Shown: piece by piece, positions 47,312 to 56,628 of the stretch
Layout: each line of letters starts with the position of its first letter
Numbering within the stretch: the stretch's first letter is position 1
Assembly: GCA_039586795.1 (NCBI GenBank)
Contig: JBDHJS010000013.1
Location: forward strand, 1-64,000
Reading direction: 5' to 3'
DNA from: Gemmatimonadota bacterium
Lineage (GTDB): Bacteria > Gemmatimonadota > Gemmatimonadetes > Palauibacterales > KS3-K002
DNA length: 64,000 bases
Position numbers and translations under genes: made by a program
Notes under the pieces: generated by a model
The model's input: only the letters and a program-made list of their open reading frames with translations
Told to the model about the DNA's origin: nothing
Databases searched by the model: none

Positions 47312-47651
47312 CGGCTTGCCTCCCGGATCGAACTCAGGTGGGGCTGTCTAAACCTGCCGGCGCCTGCGATGCAGCGCAACTCGCGTCCCGCACGTCGTTC
47401 GGAAGTAGAAACAGCCACCCCCTTCCTTACAGATACCCATCATATACGGCTCTTATTCGGGCTTGACCTATCGGCCGGAAGCGGCGGCAAAAACGCAGGC
47501 GGCAAAAATGCCCGATCGATACGAAATAATTACCGATTTCGGCGATTTTCCGGAGACTGACGTTTCCCTGTAACTACATGTTATATAACCATTTAACCTA
47601 TATCGGCCACCCCGGAACAGACCTTGCTGATCTCTGGACCGGCGCGGTGGC

Positions 47652-47681
47652 TTGACAGTCCTGCCGCCTGGCGTTTAACTT
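47652..47681 (+). promoter_or_regulatory. Candidate sigma70 promoter for the M23 gene
   Basis: TTGACA-18-TAACTT. Confidence 0.5.
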
Positions 47682-47821
47682 GGCGCCTGCCCCTCCTCCA
47701 TCGGAAAGGCCGTTTCCCCCCGTGGGCGCTAGCGTGCGTCTAGCCGGGCTAGGAAATGCACTTTTTGTTAACCGGTGGAGAGGGCGCCTCACACCGGGGG
47801 AACTAGAAACCAGAGCCGCGA

Positions 47822-48757
47822 ATGGAACGAGACCGCCTGACGTTCCTGGTGATCACCGACCCGGCACAGCCGGCGCACACGTTGCAGATTACGCATCGTA
47901 TGCTCCAGTTTGTCATCGGGGGTGTCGCCGCATTACTCCTATTCATCTTCGTATCAGCTGGAGCGCTTGTTCTGAAGCTGGGCGACCTGCGTGAGGCGTC
48001 TACGCTGAAGCAAGAGAACCAGCTGTTGGTGACGGACGTACTGCGGATGCAGGAAACGGTTGACCAACTGACCCAGTCGCTAGCGACGATCTCTGATCGG
48101 GATCGTCGCTTTCGTTTGCTAGCCGGCCTGCCGGAGATCGATCCGGAGGTCCGCCAGGTGGGTATCGGCGGCCCGGGAACGCCTTCGGCCGAGAGCGAGC
48201 CGCTGCTGGAGATGGATAGCGAGCTGGGCGGCCAGGTTTACACAACGACGTCGGACCTCAACCGGTTGCTGCGGCAGTCCAACCTGCTGCAGGCGAGCCT
48301 GGTGGAGGCGGCGCGCGCGCTGGACGATCGTCGCGACGAGCTGACGCGAATCCCGTCGATCGACCCGTCGAGCGGTTGGCTGAGTTCGACGTTCAGCCGC
48401 AGCCGCTGGCACCCGTTGCTCAACAAGCGGCGTCCGCACGAGGGGATCGATATCTCGGCGCCGCGGGGCACGCCGGTGGTCGCGACCGCTGACGGCATAG
48501 TAACCTACGCTGCGTGGCGACCCGGCTACGGCTACACGGTCGAGATCGATCACGGCAACGGGATGCGAACACGTTACGCGCACAACCAGAAGGGACTGCG
48601 CGTGGATGTGGGCGACGAGGTCCGTCGCGGCGATACGATTGCGCTGGTGGGTAGCAGCGGCCAGGTGACCGGCCCGCACGTCCACTATGAAGTACTCTTG
48701 AACGGACAGGCCGTGAATCCGGTCAACTACCGACTAAGCGATGTGATTGTGGAGTAG
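47822..48757 (+). CDS. M23 family peptidoglycan endopeptidase
   Basis: TM helix, coiled coil, HEGID, YAH, GPHVHYE. Confidence 0.95.
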   Translation: MERDRLTFLVITDPAQPAHTLQITHRMLQFVIGGVAALLLFIFVSAGALVLKLGDLREASTLKQENQLLVTDVLRMQETVDQLTQSLATISDRDRRFRLLAGLPEIDPEVRQVGIGGPGTPSAESEPLLEMDSELGGQVYTTTSDLNRLLRQSNLLQASLVEAARALDDRRDELTRIPSIDPSSGWLSSTFSRSRWHPLLNKRRPHEGIDISAPRGTPVVATADGIVTYAAWRPGYGYTVEIDHGNGMRTRYAHNQKGLRVDVGDEVRRGDTIALVGSSGQVTGPHVHYEVLLNGQAVNPVNYRLSDVIVE

Positions 48758-48795
48758 GCAGAGCAGGACAGTAGAGAAGAGGGACAGTTTGAGGA

Positions 48796-48826
48796 AGAGC
48801 GGGCCGTTTTGGTCCGCTCTCTCTTT
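48796..48826. terminator. Intrinsic terminator between convergent genes
   Basis: AGAGCGGGCC/GGTCCGCTCT stem followed by CTCTTT. Confidence 0.65.
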
Positions 48827-48860
48827 ATGTAGTGGATCTATGTAGGGGGGCGATCCTTCT

Positions 48861-49907
48861 TCAATGTTCACCTCCGACTAATACCTTCTCGCCCTCTACC
48901 TTCACGACATACGTCCTCACCGCCACCCGCACCGGCCCACCCATCGGCTCTCCAGTCCGCACATCGAATTGTCCTCCATGCCAAGGACAGTTAAGCGTGC
49001 AACCATCGACCGATCCCTCACTCAGCGAGGCGCGCCCATGTGTGCAGCGGTCGCTCACGGCGTAGTAGGTGCCGTCGACGTTGAACAGCGCGATGGCGTC
49101 GGCACCGTTGTACACCCGCTTCGACGAGCCCGGCGCAATCTCGCCCACCTTCGCCGCCACCACAAAGCCTTCCTCGTCGCGCTCCGTCACCCGAGCCTGC
49201 TCGGAAACCGAGGCGCCGCCCAGCGAATCGAGTACGTCCCACAACGACATCTGGATGCAAGTGAAGATCGGCGTATCGCGCAGCGTGTAGGTTGACGCTT
49301 TGCTCTCTCGCAGGTCCATCACCAGGTCGAGGAAGGCGCCGGCATCGTCGCCCTCGAACCCAACCATAAACTCCTGGTCGTCCAGCCCGAACGAGTACGC
49401 CGTGTTGATGCGTATGTCCGGATACTTGCGGCCCACCACAACGTGCTGCGTCATCAGCTCTTGACGCTCGGCGTGCGGCAAGCTGTACCAGGCCCGCGTC
49501 TTCACGAACGGGTAGAGAAACAGATACTTCGAGTCCTGCGGCGCCACCGTGATGCTCTCTTGCTGGTCCAGCTCGGCGGGAAACTCGTACACCGAACGCT
49601 TGGTCATCGCCAGATAGCTGTACGGCGTCGTCAGGTAGGCGCCCAGGCGGGTGGAGAAGATGGCCGTCTCCAACGCCTGCAGCGTCTCCAGATCTTCCGC
49701 CGCCTGCCAGATCATCATGTCGCAGTCGCCCCGCGTGCCGACCGTGCTGTAGGAACGGAGGAGCGACCGGGCCTGGAATCCGCGGATCGTGTCCGCAAGC
49801 TCCACCTTGTGGTCGATCTGCTTGTCGGCGGATAGCCGGCGCCAGGTGGAATCGAGCTTGAAGAACAGGTAGCGGACGAGCTGCCGGGCTTCGCCTTGTT
49901 GGGTCAT
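48861..49907 (-). CDS. Chlorite dismutase/ChdC(HemQ)-family protein fused to a Rieske ferredoxin
   Basis: YPFVKTRAWY, proximal His in MTQH, YSFGLDDQEF; C-terminal CTH...CPWH. Confidence 0.88.
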   Translation of the reverse strand: MTQQGEARQLVRYLFFKLDSTWRRLSADKQIDHKVELADTIRGFQARSLLRSYSTVGTRGDCDMMIWQAAEDLETLQALETAIFSTRLGAYLTTPYSYLAMTKRSVYEFPAELDQQESITVAPQDSKYLFLYPFVKTRAWYSLPHAERQELMTQHVVVGRKYPDIRINTAYSFGLDDQEFMVGFEGDDAGAFLDLVMDLRESKASTYTLRDTPIFTCIQMSLWDVLDSLGGASVSEQARVTERDEEGFVVAAKVGEIAPGSSKRVYNGADAIALFNVDGTYYAVSDRCTHGRASLSEGSVDGCTLNCPWHGGQFDVRTGEPMGGPVRVAVRTYVVKVEGEKVLVGGEH

Positions 49908-49983
49908 TCGGGGACCTCTGTCGTTGGTTTGGGCCATGAAAAGCCCGAATTCTAATCGAGATCGCGCAACCGCGGAAGGTCAG

Positions 49984-50066
49984 CCTGAGCATTGAGCGTT
50001 GAGGATTAATTGATGAGGATTGCCATGAAACTCTCAACACCTAACGCTCAACCCTCAATCATCAGG
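49984..50066. repeat. Imperfect palindrome, heptamer family A
   Basis: TTGAGCG TTGAGGA arm and CTCAACA CCTAACG CTCAACC CTCAATC arm. Confidence 0.75.
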
Positions 50067-50195
50067 TTCCGGTTCTTGGAATGCTCTGGTGGCACGGGAG
50101 GTTCCCCGAGGCGCTGAAACCCCGCTCAGGGAACGCACGTAGTGGAGGATGACTTTCACAGCGGGCAGGCTATTTACTTACAACGGGGCAGAACA

Positions 50196-50432
50196 GTGGG
50201 TAGACTCTTAGTCAACGGCATCACTCTTTACCAGGGTCTGATCATCCTCCGGGCCATCCTCTCCTGGGTCGCCGGCCCGAACACCGAGAACCGGCTAGTC
50301 GAGATACTTCACCAGTTGACGGACCCGGTGCTCAAGCCGGTACGTGAGATGCTTCCCGCTTCCAGCGGGATCGATTTCTCGCCGCTGGTCGTGCTGATCG
50401 GCCTGGAATTGGTAAAGAGGATCTTACTCTGA
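50196..50432 (+). CDS. YggT family membrane protein
   Basis: RAILSWV, LTDPVLKPVR, IDFSPLV. Confidence 0.9.
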   Translation: MGRLLVNGITLYQGLIILRAILSWVAGPNTENRLVEILHQLTDPVLKPVREMLPASSGIDFSPLVVLIGLELVKRILL

Positions 50433-51023
50433 ACCCGAGCTGTCGGCCGGGGGCGGATACGTCCATTCCCACGGCTCGAACGTCTCGAGGGGAACCGCGC
50501 CGATGACCTTGGCCGTCACCAGCTGAGGGAACTCGGCAATGAACTCATTGAAGCGGGCCGCGGCTTCGTTGTACATGCGGCCCGCTTCGATTATCGCCTG
50601 CTCCGTGTCCCGCAGTTGGGACCTGAGCAGCTGATAACCCTGGTCGCTCTCCAGCTGGCTGTAACGGCCCACCGCCGCCAACAGCTCGTCCAGCGCCTGC
50701 GACAGCCGGGCGCTCCATTCCTCCATATCGCCCAGATCGCCGGCCCGCACCGCGCTGACCAGGCTGGCCCGGGCGTCGGCGACCGCCGTCACCGACTCGT
50801 CGCCCACCGACCCGTAGGCCTGGAGCGCCGCCAGCAGGTTGGGTACGAGCTCCGCCCGGCGCCGTAGTTGGACCTCGATCTCCGACCGGGCCCGGATCGC
50901 CGACTCGTCCAGCTCGTGGATCTGCCCATAGCCGCAGCCCGCCAGCAGTGCTGGCAAAGCGAATACCGCCACGGCGAGCCGCCGCGGCTTGCGGCCTACG
51001 AGTTTGTAGCTTATAGCACCCAT
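50424..51023 (-). CDS. LemA family lipoprotein
   Basis: LAGCGY, RRAELVPNL, YNEA...FP. Confidence 0.88.
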   Translation of the reverse strand: MGAISYKLVGRKPRRLAVAVFALPALLAGCGYGQIHELDESAIRARSEIEVQLRRRAELVPNLLAALQAYGSVGDESVTAVADARASLVSAVRAGDLGDMEEWSARLSQALDELLAAVGRYSQLESDQGYQLLRSQLRDTEQAIIEAGRMYNEAAARFNEFIAEFPQLVTAKVIGAVPLETFEPWEWTYPPPADSSGSE

Positions 51024-51173
51024 TCCATCAAGAAGCGCCGGCTGCCTGGAGGGTATCCGCCCGTCCCACAGCGGGCGAAATGGGTCCGGCCTGTGCGGCG
51101 CTTGATAACTCGCGAAATCGTTCCTAGCTTTTTGACGATTCAGCGGGTCAGAACTTTAATTCGGGAGAGCTCA

Positions 51174-51926
51174 ATGAACAAGCATTGGGTCATGTGTCTT
51201 GCCGCCCTGGTGGGGCTGTCGGCATGCCAGAGATCCACCCAACTCGCGGTACGTGCCGTCGCAGAGTCGGGCGACGAGGAGGTTGCCCGGCAGCAGGAGA
51301 TCATCCGGCTCCTGCCCTTCGACCGGGATTCGCTATTCACGGCCCTAGCGGCGCTGGCGACGGAATCGGAGCCGGAGCCGCCCGAGTACCTGGTGGCGCT
51401 GCGCGACTCGGTCTCGGCGGCGCGGCAGTTGTGGACGGACTCGGAAGCGGCTTGGAATGACATGCGTTCCGAGATGCAGACGCTCTCGGAACAAATGAAC
51501 GAGATGAACCGGGCGAGCCGTGAGTACGCCAACGCGTATCGCCGCTTCGACGAGTTGGACCGCCAGATTGGGCGGCTCGAACGGGCGAAAGACAACTTCT
51601 TCGACACGTTCACGGGCCTCCAGGACGCGTACCGGACAAGCGCCGATTCGTTCAACGCAGTGCTCGAGGCGTGGGGTGACCGTGCATTCGAGCGTTACGG
51701 CGAGATAGTCGACAGCATCATCGAGGTGCGCGGCGAAGAGATGGAGGACACGACGGACGCCGGCGGCTGGGCCTACTTCACAGTGCCGAGAGGTACGTGG
51801 TGGGTGTATACGCGGACCACGCTGGTATTCGAGGAGCTCTACTGGAACTACGCGTATGAGTCGGAAGGCGGCGTGGACACGCTCGTCCTGCGCGCTTCCA
51901 ACGCTGAAGTCCGCCCGGTCTTCTAG
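51174..51926 (+). CDS. Hypothetical coiled-coil lipoprotein
   Basis: Lipobox LSAC; GGAG RBS; long helical region then a beta tail. Confidence 0.8.
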   Translation: MNKHWVMCLAALVGLSACQRSTQLAVRAVAESGDEEVARQQEIIRLLPFDRDSLFTALAALATESEPEPPEYLVALRDSVSAARQLWTDSEAAWNDMRSEMQTLSEQMNEMNRASREYANAYRRFDELDRQIGRLERAKDNFFDTFTGLQDAYRTSADSFNAVLEAWGDRAFERYGEIVDSIIEVRGEEMEDTTDAGGWAYFTVPRGTWWVYTRTTLVFEELYWNYAYESEGGVDTLVLRASNAEVRPVF

Positions 51927-51942
51927 TCGCGGGCAGTGAGAA

Positions 51943-51979
51943 AGCGGGGCGGCGCTCTCAAGCGGAGCGCCGCCTCGCT
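51943..51979 (+). terminator. 15-bp GC-rich hairpin upstream of the next gene's RBS
   Basis: AGCGGGGCGGCGCTC/GAGCGCCGCCTCGCT; no U-tract, so the role is uncertain. Confidence 0.45.
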
Positions 51980-51996
51980 CATTAAAGGAGGTCGCC

Positions 51997-54117
51997 ATGA
52001 ACCCTTCAGCACCCGACCTCCGACTGGATATTCACGACGGCCTCGCCACTCTCACATTCGATCGTCCCGACTCCAAGGTCAATCTGCTGACCCGTAGCGC
52101 GATGCTGCGGCTAGAAGAGCTGCTGGGCTCTATCGAGGAAGCCGCCGCGTCCGGAACCGCGCGTGCCCTGCTCGTACGCAGCGGAAAGCCGAACACGTTT
52201 ATCGCAGGTGCCGACATCGATGAGCTGGGCGCGATCAAGACCGCCGAGCAGGCGATCGAGATGGCCCGGCGCGGTGACGACATCTTCAACCGACTCGAGG
52301 GCCTCCCGATACCGACGCTGACAGCGATAGACGGCGCCTGCGCCGGCGGCGGCACCGAGCTTATTCTGTCGTGCGATCATCGCATCGCCAGCGACTCCAG
52401 CAAAACCAAGATCGGTCTCCCCGAGACGCGACTCGGTATTATGCCGGGGCTAGGGGGCACCGTACGCCTCCCGCGTCTGGTCGGTCTACAGGCTGCCCTC
52501 GACATGATCCTATCGGCGAGGTTTGTTAGCGCCGAGCATGCGCTGCGGATTGGGCTCGTCGACAAGGTCATTCCAGTTGCAGAGTTCGAGGATCAGACGG
52601 CGGAGATCGCGGCGGCGCTGGCCCGCGGCGATTCCCCACTACGCCGCCGACGCCCATCCCTGTTGCGCCGCTTCATCGACGGGCCCATCGGTCGACCGCT
52701 GGTCAAACGGATGACACGCAAAGCCGTCCTCAAGCGCACGCGCGGACACTACCCGGCGATACCGGCGGCGCTCGATGCAGTCGTCGACGGCCTGGCGATG
52801 ACGGCGGAAGTGGCGCTGGAGAGAGAAGCGGTGACGTTCGGTCAGCTGACGGTGACGCCCGAATGCAAGAGCCTGATCTTCGTCTATCGGATCACCGAGG
52901 CCGCTCGCAAGATCGCGCCGCAAGGCAAGGCACGGGAGGTGAAGCGGGCGGCGGTCGTCGGCGCCGGGGTGATGGGCGCCGGGATCGCCGAACTGTTCGC
53001 CTACCAGACGATACCGGTGCGCGTCGTCGACATCGACGAAGAACGCGTAACAGCCGGCATCGCAAGAGCGAGGGAGTTGCTCGAGAAGGCCAGAAAGAAG
53101 TCCCGGTGGACGGATGACGAGTTGAAGTCGCGGATCGATTGCCTGGAAGGCGCTATCGAGTTCGACGGCTTCGAAACAACAGACGCGGTCGTCGAGGCCG
53201 TTCTCGAGCGTATGGAAGTCAAGCGTGACTTGTTCGCAAAGCTCGAAGAACGCGTCACGCCCACAGCGCTTCTCGCCACGAACACGTCGGCGCTTTCCAT
53301 CTCGCGGTTGCAGGAAGGTATGTCCCAGCCCGGTCGGGTCTGCGGCCTCCACTTCTTCAACCCGCCGTACCGGATGCCGCTGGTCGAGATCGTGCGCGGA
53401 TCGAAGACAACCAACGATGCGCTGGCGACAGCGTTTCAGTTGGCCACGCGCCTGGGCAAGACGCCGGTGATCGTGAGGGACGCTCCCGGTTTTGTCGTCA
53501 ACCGCACCCTGGCCGCCTACCTGACCGAGGCCGGGTTCCTGCTCCAGGAGGGGGTGCCGGTGAAACGTCTGGACCGGATCATGACGCGATTCGGGATGCC
53601 GGTGGGCCCGCTACGCCTGCTGGACGAGATCGGCCTCGATGTCGTTTCCGAGGTGAGCCGTACGATGCGGGAGGGTTTCGGCGATCGCTTCGCCACGGCG
53701 CCGATCATGGAAGACGTGCTGGCTACCGGGCTGACGGGGCGAAAGAGCGGCGAAGGCTTCTACGTCTACAAGAACGGAAAGGCGCGGGGTGTCAGCGCCG
53801 GGATCGAGGAGATCTGCCGCGCGGTGGCCGGCGATGATCCGCCTGACGAACGGGAAGCGGAGGAGCGCATGGTGTTCGCCATGATCAACGAGGCGGCCCG
53901 CATCCTGGACGGCGGCATCGTCGACTCTCCGGAGTCGCTGGATGTCGCCATGATCATGGGCACCGGCTTTCCGCCGTTCCGCGGCGGCCTCCTCCGCTAC
54001 GCCGACGCCGTGGGGCTTTCGACGGTGTTCGAGCGCCTCCGCACCTTCGCCGCCACGGCCGAACGACTCGAGCCCGCCCGCGCCCTGCTGGCGCGTCAGG
54101 CATTCTACGTCGCCTAG
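51997..54117 (+). CDS. Fatty-acid oxidation complex alpha subunit (enoyl-CoA hydratase + 3-hydroxyacyl-CoA dehydrogenase), FadJ/FadB-like
   Basis: FIAGADI, GLPETRLG, GAGVMG, TNTSAL, HFFNP, PGFVVNR, GFPPFRGG. Confidence 0.95.
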   Translation: MNPSAPDLRLDIHDGLATLTFDRPDSKVNLLTRSAMLRLEELLGSIEEAAASGTARALLVRSGKPNTFIAGADIDELGAIKTAEQAIEMARRGDDIFNRLEGLPIPTLTAIDGACAGGGTELILSCDHRIASDSSKTKIGLPETRLGIMPGLGGTVRLPRLVGLQAALDMILSARFVSAEHALRIGLVDKVIPVAEFEDQTAEIAAALARGDSPLRRRRPSLLRRFIDGPIGRPLVKRMTRKAVLKRTRGHYPAIPAALDAVVDGLAMTAEVALEREAVTFGQLTVTPECKSLIFVYRITEAARKIAPQGKAREVKRAAVVGAGVMGAGIAELFAYQTIPVRVVDIDEERVTAGIARARELLEKARKKSRWTDDELKSRIDCLEGAIEFDGFETTDAVVEAVLERMEVKRDLFAKLEERVTPTALLATNTSALSISRLQEGMSQPGRVCGLHFFNPPYRMPLVEIVRGSKTTNDALATAFQLATRLGKTPVIVRDAPGFVVNRTLAAYLTEAGFLLQEGVPVKRLDRIMTRFGMPVGPLRLLDEIGLDVVSEVSRTMREGFGDRFATAPIMEDVLATGLTGRKSGEGFYVYKNGKARGVSAGIEEICRAVAGDDPPDEREAEERMVFAMINEAARILDGGIVDSPESLDVAMIMGTGFPPFRGGLLRYADAVGLSTVFERLRTFAATAERLEPARALLARQAFYVA

Positions 54118-54120
54118 CCG

Positions 54121-54648
54121 ATGCGCAAGATCGAGCTCCACTATCGCCGGCCGCCCGACCGACTCGATATCTTCGTACAGGAACTGGTCGTCGACCGCCC
54201 CGACGTGAAGATCACGTTGCATGAAAACACGCCGCTCAGCGAGCCGCTCTACGTCGGCCGGACGCGAATCTACGAGCCGGGCGCGCCCCTCGTCTGGTTC
54301 GTCTTCCCCCATGCCTGGCACGATGTCGGCCGCTTCCACCTGAGAGACGGCACGTTTACCGGCTACTACATCAACCTGATCACGCCCGTCACCATCGAGG
54401 ACGATGTCTGGTCCATGTTCGATCTTTGCCTCGACATATGGGTCAATCCCGACGGCACCCACCAGATACTGGATCGCGATGAGTTTGATGAAGCGGTCGA
54501 TCGCCGTTGGATAGACCGCGGAACGGCATCTAGGGCACGCTCAGAACTCGATGCCGTGATCGGTGAGCTCGTCACGGGACGCTGGCCGCGGGGTGAGGTG
54601 GCGGAGTTCGATTTGGGTCGGGTGAGGACTTTGGCTTTGGGTGGGTAA
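54121..54648 (+). CDS. DUF402 protein
   Basis: GYYINLITP, DLCLDIWV, LDRDEFDEA. Confidence 0.88.
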   Translation: MRKIELHYRRPPDRLDIFVQELVVDRPDVKITLHENTPLSEPLYVGRTRIYEPGAPLVWFVFPHAWHDVGRFHLRDGTFTGYYINLITPVTIEDDVWSMFDLCLDIWVNPDGTHQILDRDEFDEAVDRRWIDRGTASRARSELDAVIGELVTGRWPRGEVAEFDLGRVRTLALGG

Positions 54649-54651
54649 CTG

Positions 54652-54720
54652 CACTATTTCGACAGCCGACAACGACTCGACGCGCGCAGGAAGTCGAAGA
54701 TAGAACGTCGAAAGATCAGT
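54652..54720. repeat. Short palindrome, heptamer family B
   Basis: ACTATTTCGACAGC is the reverse complement of 62334-62347; CGAC units about 7 nt apart. Confidence 0.55.
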
Positions 54721-54757
54721 CCCTTGCGCGGCACACATTTCCTAGCTAAACGAACAT

Positions 54758-55360
54758 ATGTTCCTGCGCACACTCATACTAACCGCACTAGTCACAACGC
54801 CGGCAACAGCCCAGGACTACCGAACCCTGGGCCCGCCAGACGCCCGCGTAGAGCTGACGGTGTACTCGGATTTCGAGTGCCCCTACTGCCGCAACTTCGC
54901 GCTGGCCGCCCAGCCGGCAATCATCGCCGAATTCGTCCATACCGGTCGCATCCGCATTCGCTTCGTCCACTTCCCGCTCGCCGCGATTCATCGCAACTCA
55001 GTCACGGCGGCAAAGGCGGCGCATTGCGCCGGTCAGGCCGGCCGATTCTGGTCGTACCATGACTACATCTTCGTTCGGCAGCCCGAGTGGTCGGGTGAAG
55101 ATCTGGCGCCGCCGGAGCTCTGGGTCCGTTTCGCCGACAACCTGGGGATCGATACCGGGCCGTTCAGAGAATGCCTGGCAGCGCCCGAAACGCATGCCGC
55201 CGTGGAAGAGGATCTACGACAGGCGCTGGGCGCCGGTGCCACCGGCACGCCGACGGTGGTGATCAACGGTGAAGCGGTAGCGGGAATCTCGTCGTATGAG
55301 AGTTTGAGGCACGAGATACTGGATGCCATCGAACGGGCCGGCGGAGGAGACGACCGGTGA
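54758..55360 (+). CDS. DsbA/thioredoxin_4 family oxidoreductase
   Basis: Signal peptide, SDFECPYC, GTPT. Confidence 0.92.
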   Translation: MFLRTLILTALVTTPATAQDYRTLGPPDARVELTVYSDFECPYCRNFALAAQPAIIAEFVHTGRIRIRFVHFPLAAIHRNSVTAAKAAHCAGQAGRFWSYHDYIFVRQPEWSGEDLAPPELWVRFADNLGIDTGPFRECLAAPETHAAVEEDLRQALGAGATGTPTVVINGEAVAGISSYESLRHEILDAIERAGGGDDR

Positions 55361-56358
55361 GCGCCGAGACCGTGTTGATCCTGGGCCTGCTGGCCACCGC
55401 GGCAGCGATCGGTCTGAGCCTCTACGCGGCGCTGGCGATCCCCGGCGCCCTCGCGTACCTGGGGCTCATCACGCTGCCGCAGAATCTGAGCGGCCTCTCC
55501 TCACCGCTCATCTGGCTCACGCTGCTCGGCCTGCTCGGTATCGAGCTGGCGTCCTGCCACTTCCGGCTGACCGACCTAGTGTGGAACGTGATCCATACCG
55601 TCGCGCGACCGCTCGCCGCGCTGCTCTTCGCGTCCGCTGCTCTCGCCGCGGCTCCGCGTCAGCTGCAGTGGTGGGGCGCACTCGCCGCCACTGTCGTCGC
55701 CCTCGTGGTCCACATGTCCGTTCTCGCGGTGAGAACCGCCCGACGCACCGCCGGTCCGAGCCCTGCGGCTCGCGGCTTTACGGGCATTCAGTTCAGCGTC
55801 GCCGCCGTAGTCTCGACACTGGCCTGGACGGCGCCGCCCTTCGCGGCCAGCATCGCCGCCACCCTGGTGCTCGCACCGCTACCCTGGTCGCCACGTCTCT
55901 GGGGCTCGGCGTCGATGGCGCTGTCCGCGTTCTTCCACACCGTCATCCGCCCGGATCGGCTTCATCGCTGGGAGACCGGGACCGGCAAGATATCCCAGCG
56001 CCTTCGCCGGGAAGTCGAGGCCGAATTTGGCCGCGACTTCGACACCGTCCGATCGGCTCCGGTGACCCTCGCCCGCCTGGGACCTAGCTGGCCTTATGTC
56101 CGGGGACGGCTGCTGATCGCCTCACGCCGGACGCCGCTCTTCATGCACCGCCGCGGCTTTCGGTCGGACCTGATACCGCTGTTGCCAGCTCCCGGTCATC
56201 TGGACCACGGCGTCCTGATCGAGACCCTCGACCTGGACGCCCCCGTTCCGTACGCCCTCTGCCTCGGCCCGAACGCCCCATCCGGCCCCGCCATACTGGC
56301 AGCGATCCAATCTGCTCCAGAGCCGGAAGCTGTGGAACAACAGGACGATACGGGGTAG
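55357..56358 (+). CDS. DUF4126-like membrane protein with a C-terminal extension
   Basis: GLSLYA, D.VWN.IHT..RP pattern; GTGA overlap. Confidence 0.65.
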   Translation: MSAETVLILGLLATAAAIGLSLYAALAIPGALAYLGLITLPQNLSGLSSPLIWLTLLGLLGIELASCHFRLTDLVWNVIHTVARPLAALLFASAALAAAPRQLQWWGALAATVVALVVHMSVLAVRTARRTAGPSPAARGFTGIQFSVAAVVSTLAWTAPPFAASIAATLVLAPLPWSPRLWGSASMALSAFFHTVIRPDRLHRWETGTGKISQRLRREVEAEFGRDFDTVRSAPVTLARLGPSWPYVRGRLLIASRRTPLFMHRRGFRSDLIPLLPAPGHLDHGVLIETLDLDAPVPYALCLGPNAPSGPAILAAIQSAPEPEAVEQQDDTG

Positions 56359-56420
56359 AAACATTTGTAGTCAACGCAATTAACTGTAGTTCTTGCTACC
56401 AGTTCGCCCTCTGTTCGGGG

Positions 56421-56449
56421 TTTACGGGAAAACGGGTTTCGTATATAAT
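56421..56449 (+). promoter_or_regulatory. sigma70 promoter upstream of the sigma factor gene
   Basis: TTTACG-17-TATAAT. Confidence 0.7.
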
Positions 56450-56557
56450 AGGCAGTCTTGCATAGCTACTCTTTCTGGTCGTCCGTTACCGCCGCTGGGA
56501 GCATTTGGGGCGGGCTGGTTGGCGTGAGCACCGGCGCCCGGGCGGCGTTTTATGTCG

Positions 56558-56588
56558 GCGAGAGCGGATACCGGCTCTCGCTTTTCTT
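56558..56588 (+). terminator. Terminator-like hairpin inside the sigma factor 5' leader
   Basis: GCGAGAGC/GCTCTCGC stem plus TTTTCTT, 40 nt before the ATG. Confidence 0.65.
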
Positions 56589-56628
56589 GTCTAAAGTTCA
56601 TCGTTCCTAGAGTCGCAGCGGAGAGCGC

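Noticed and set aside
47683..47790. 6S RNA or c-di-AMP riboswitch
   Set aside because: Too short for 6S and lacks the c-di-AMP consensus motifs; kept only as an unknown leader.
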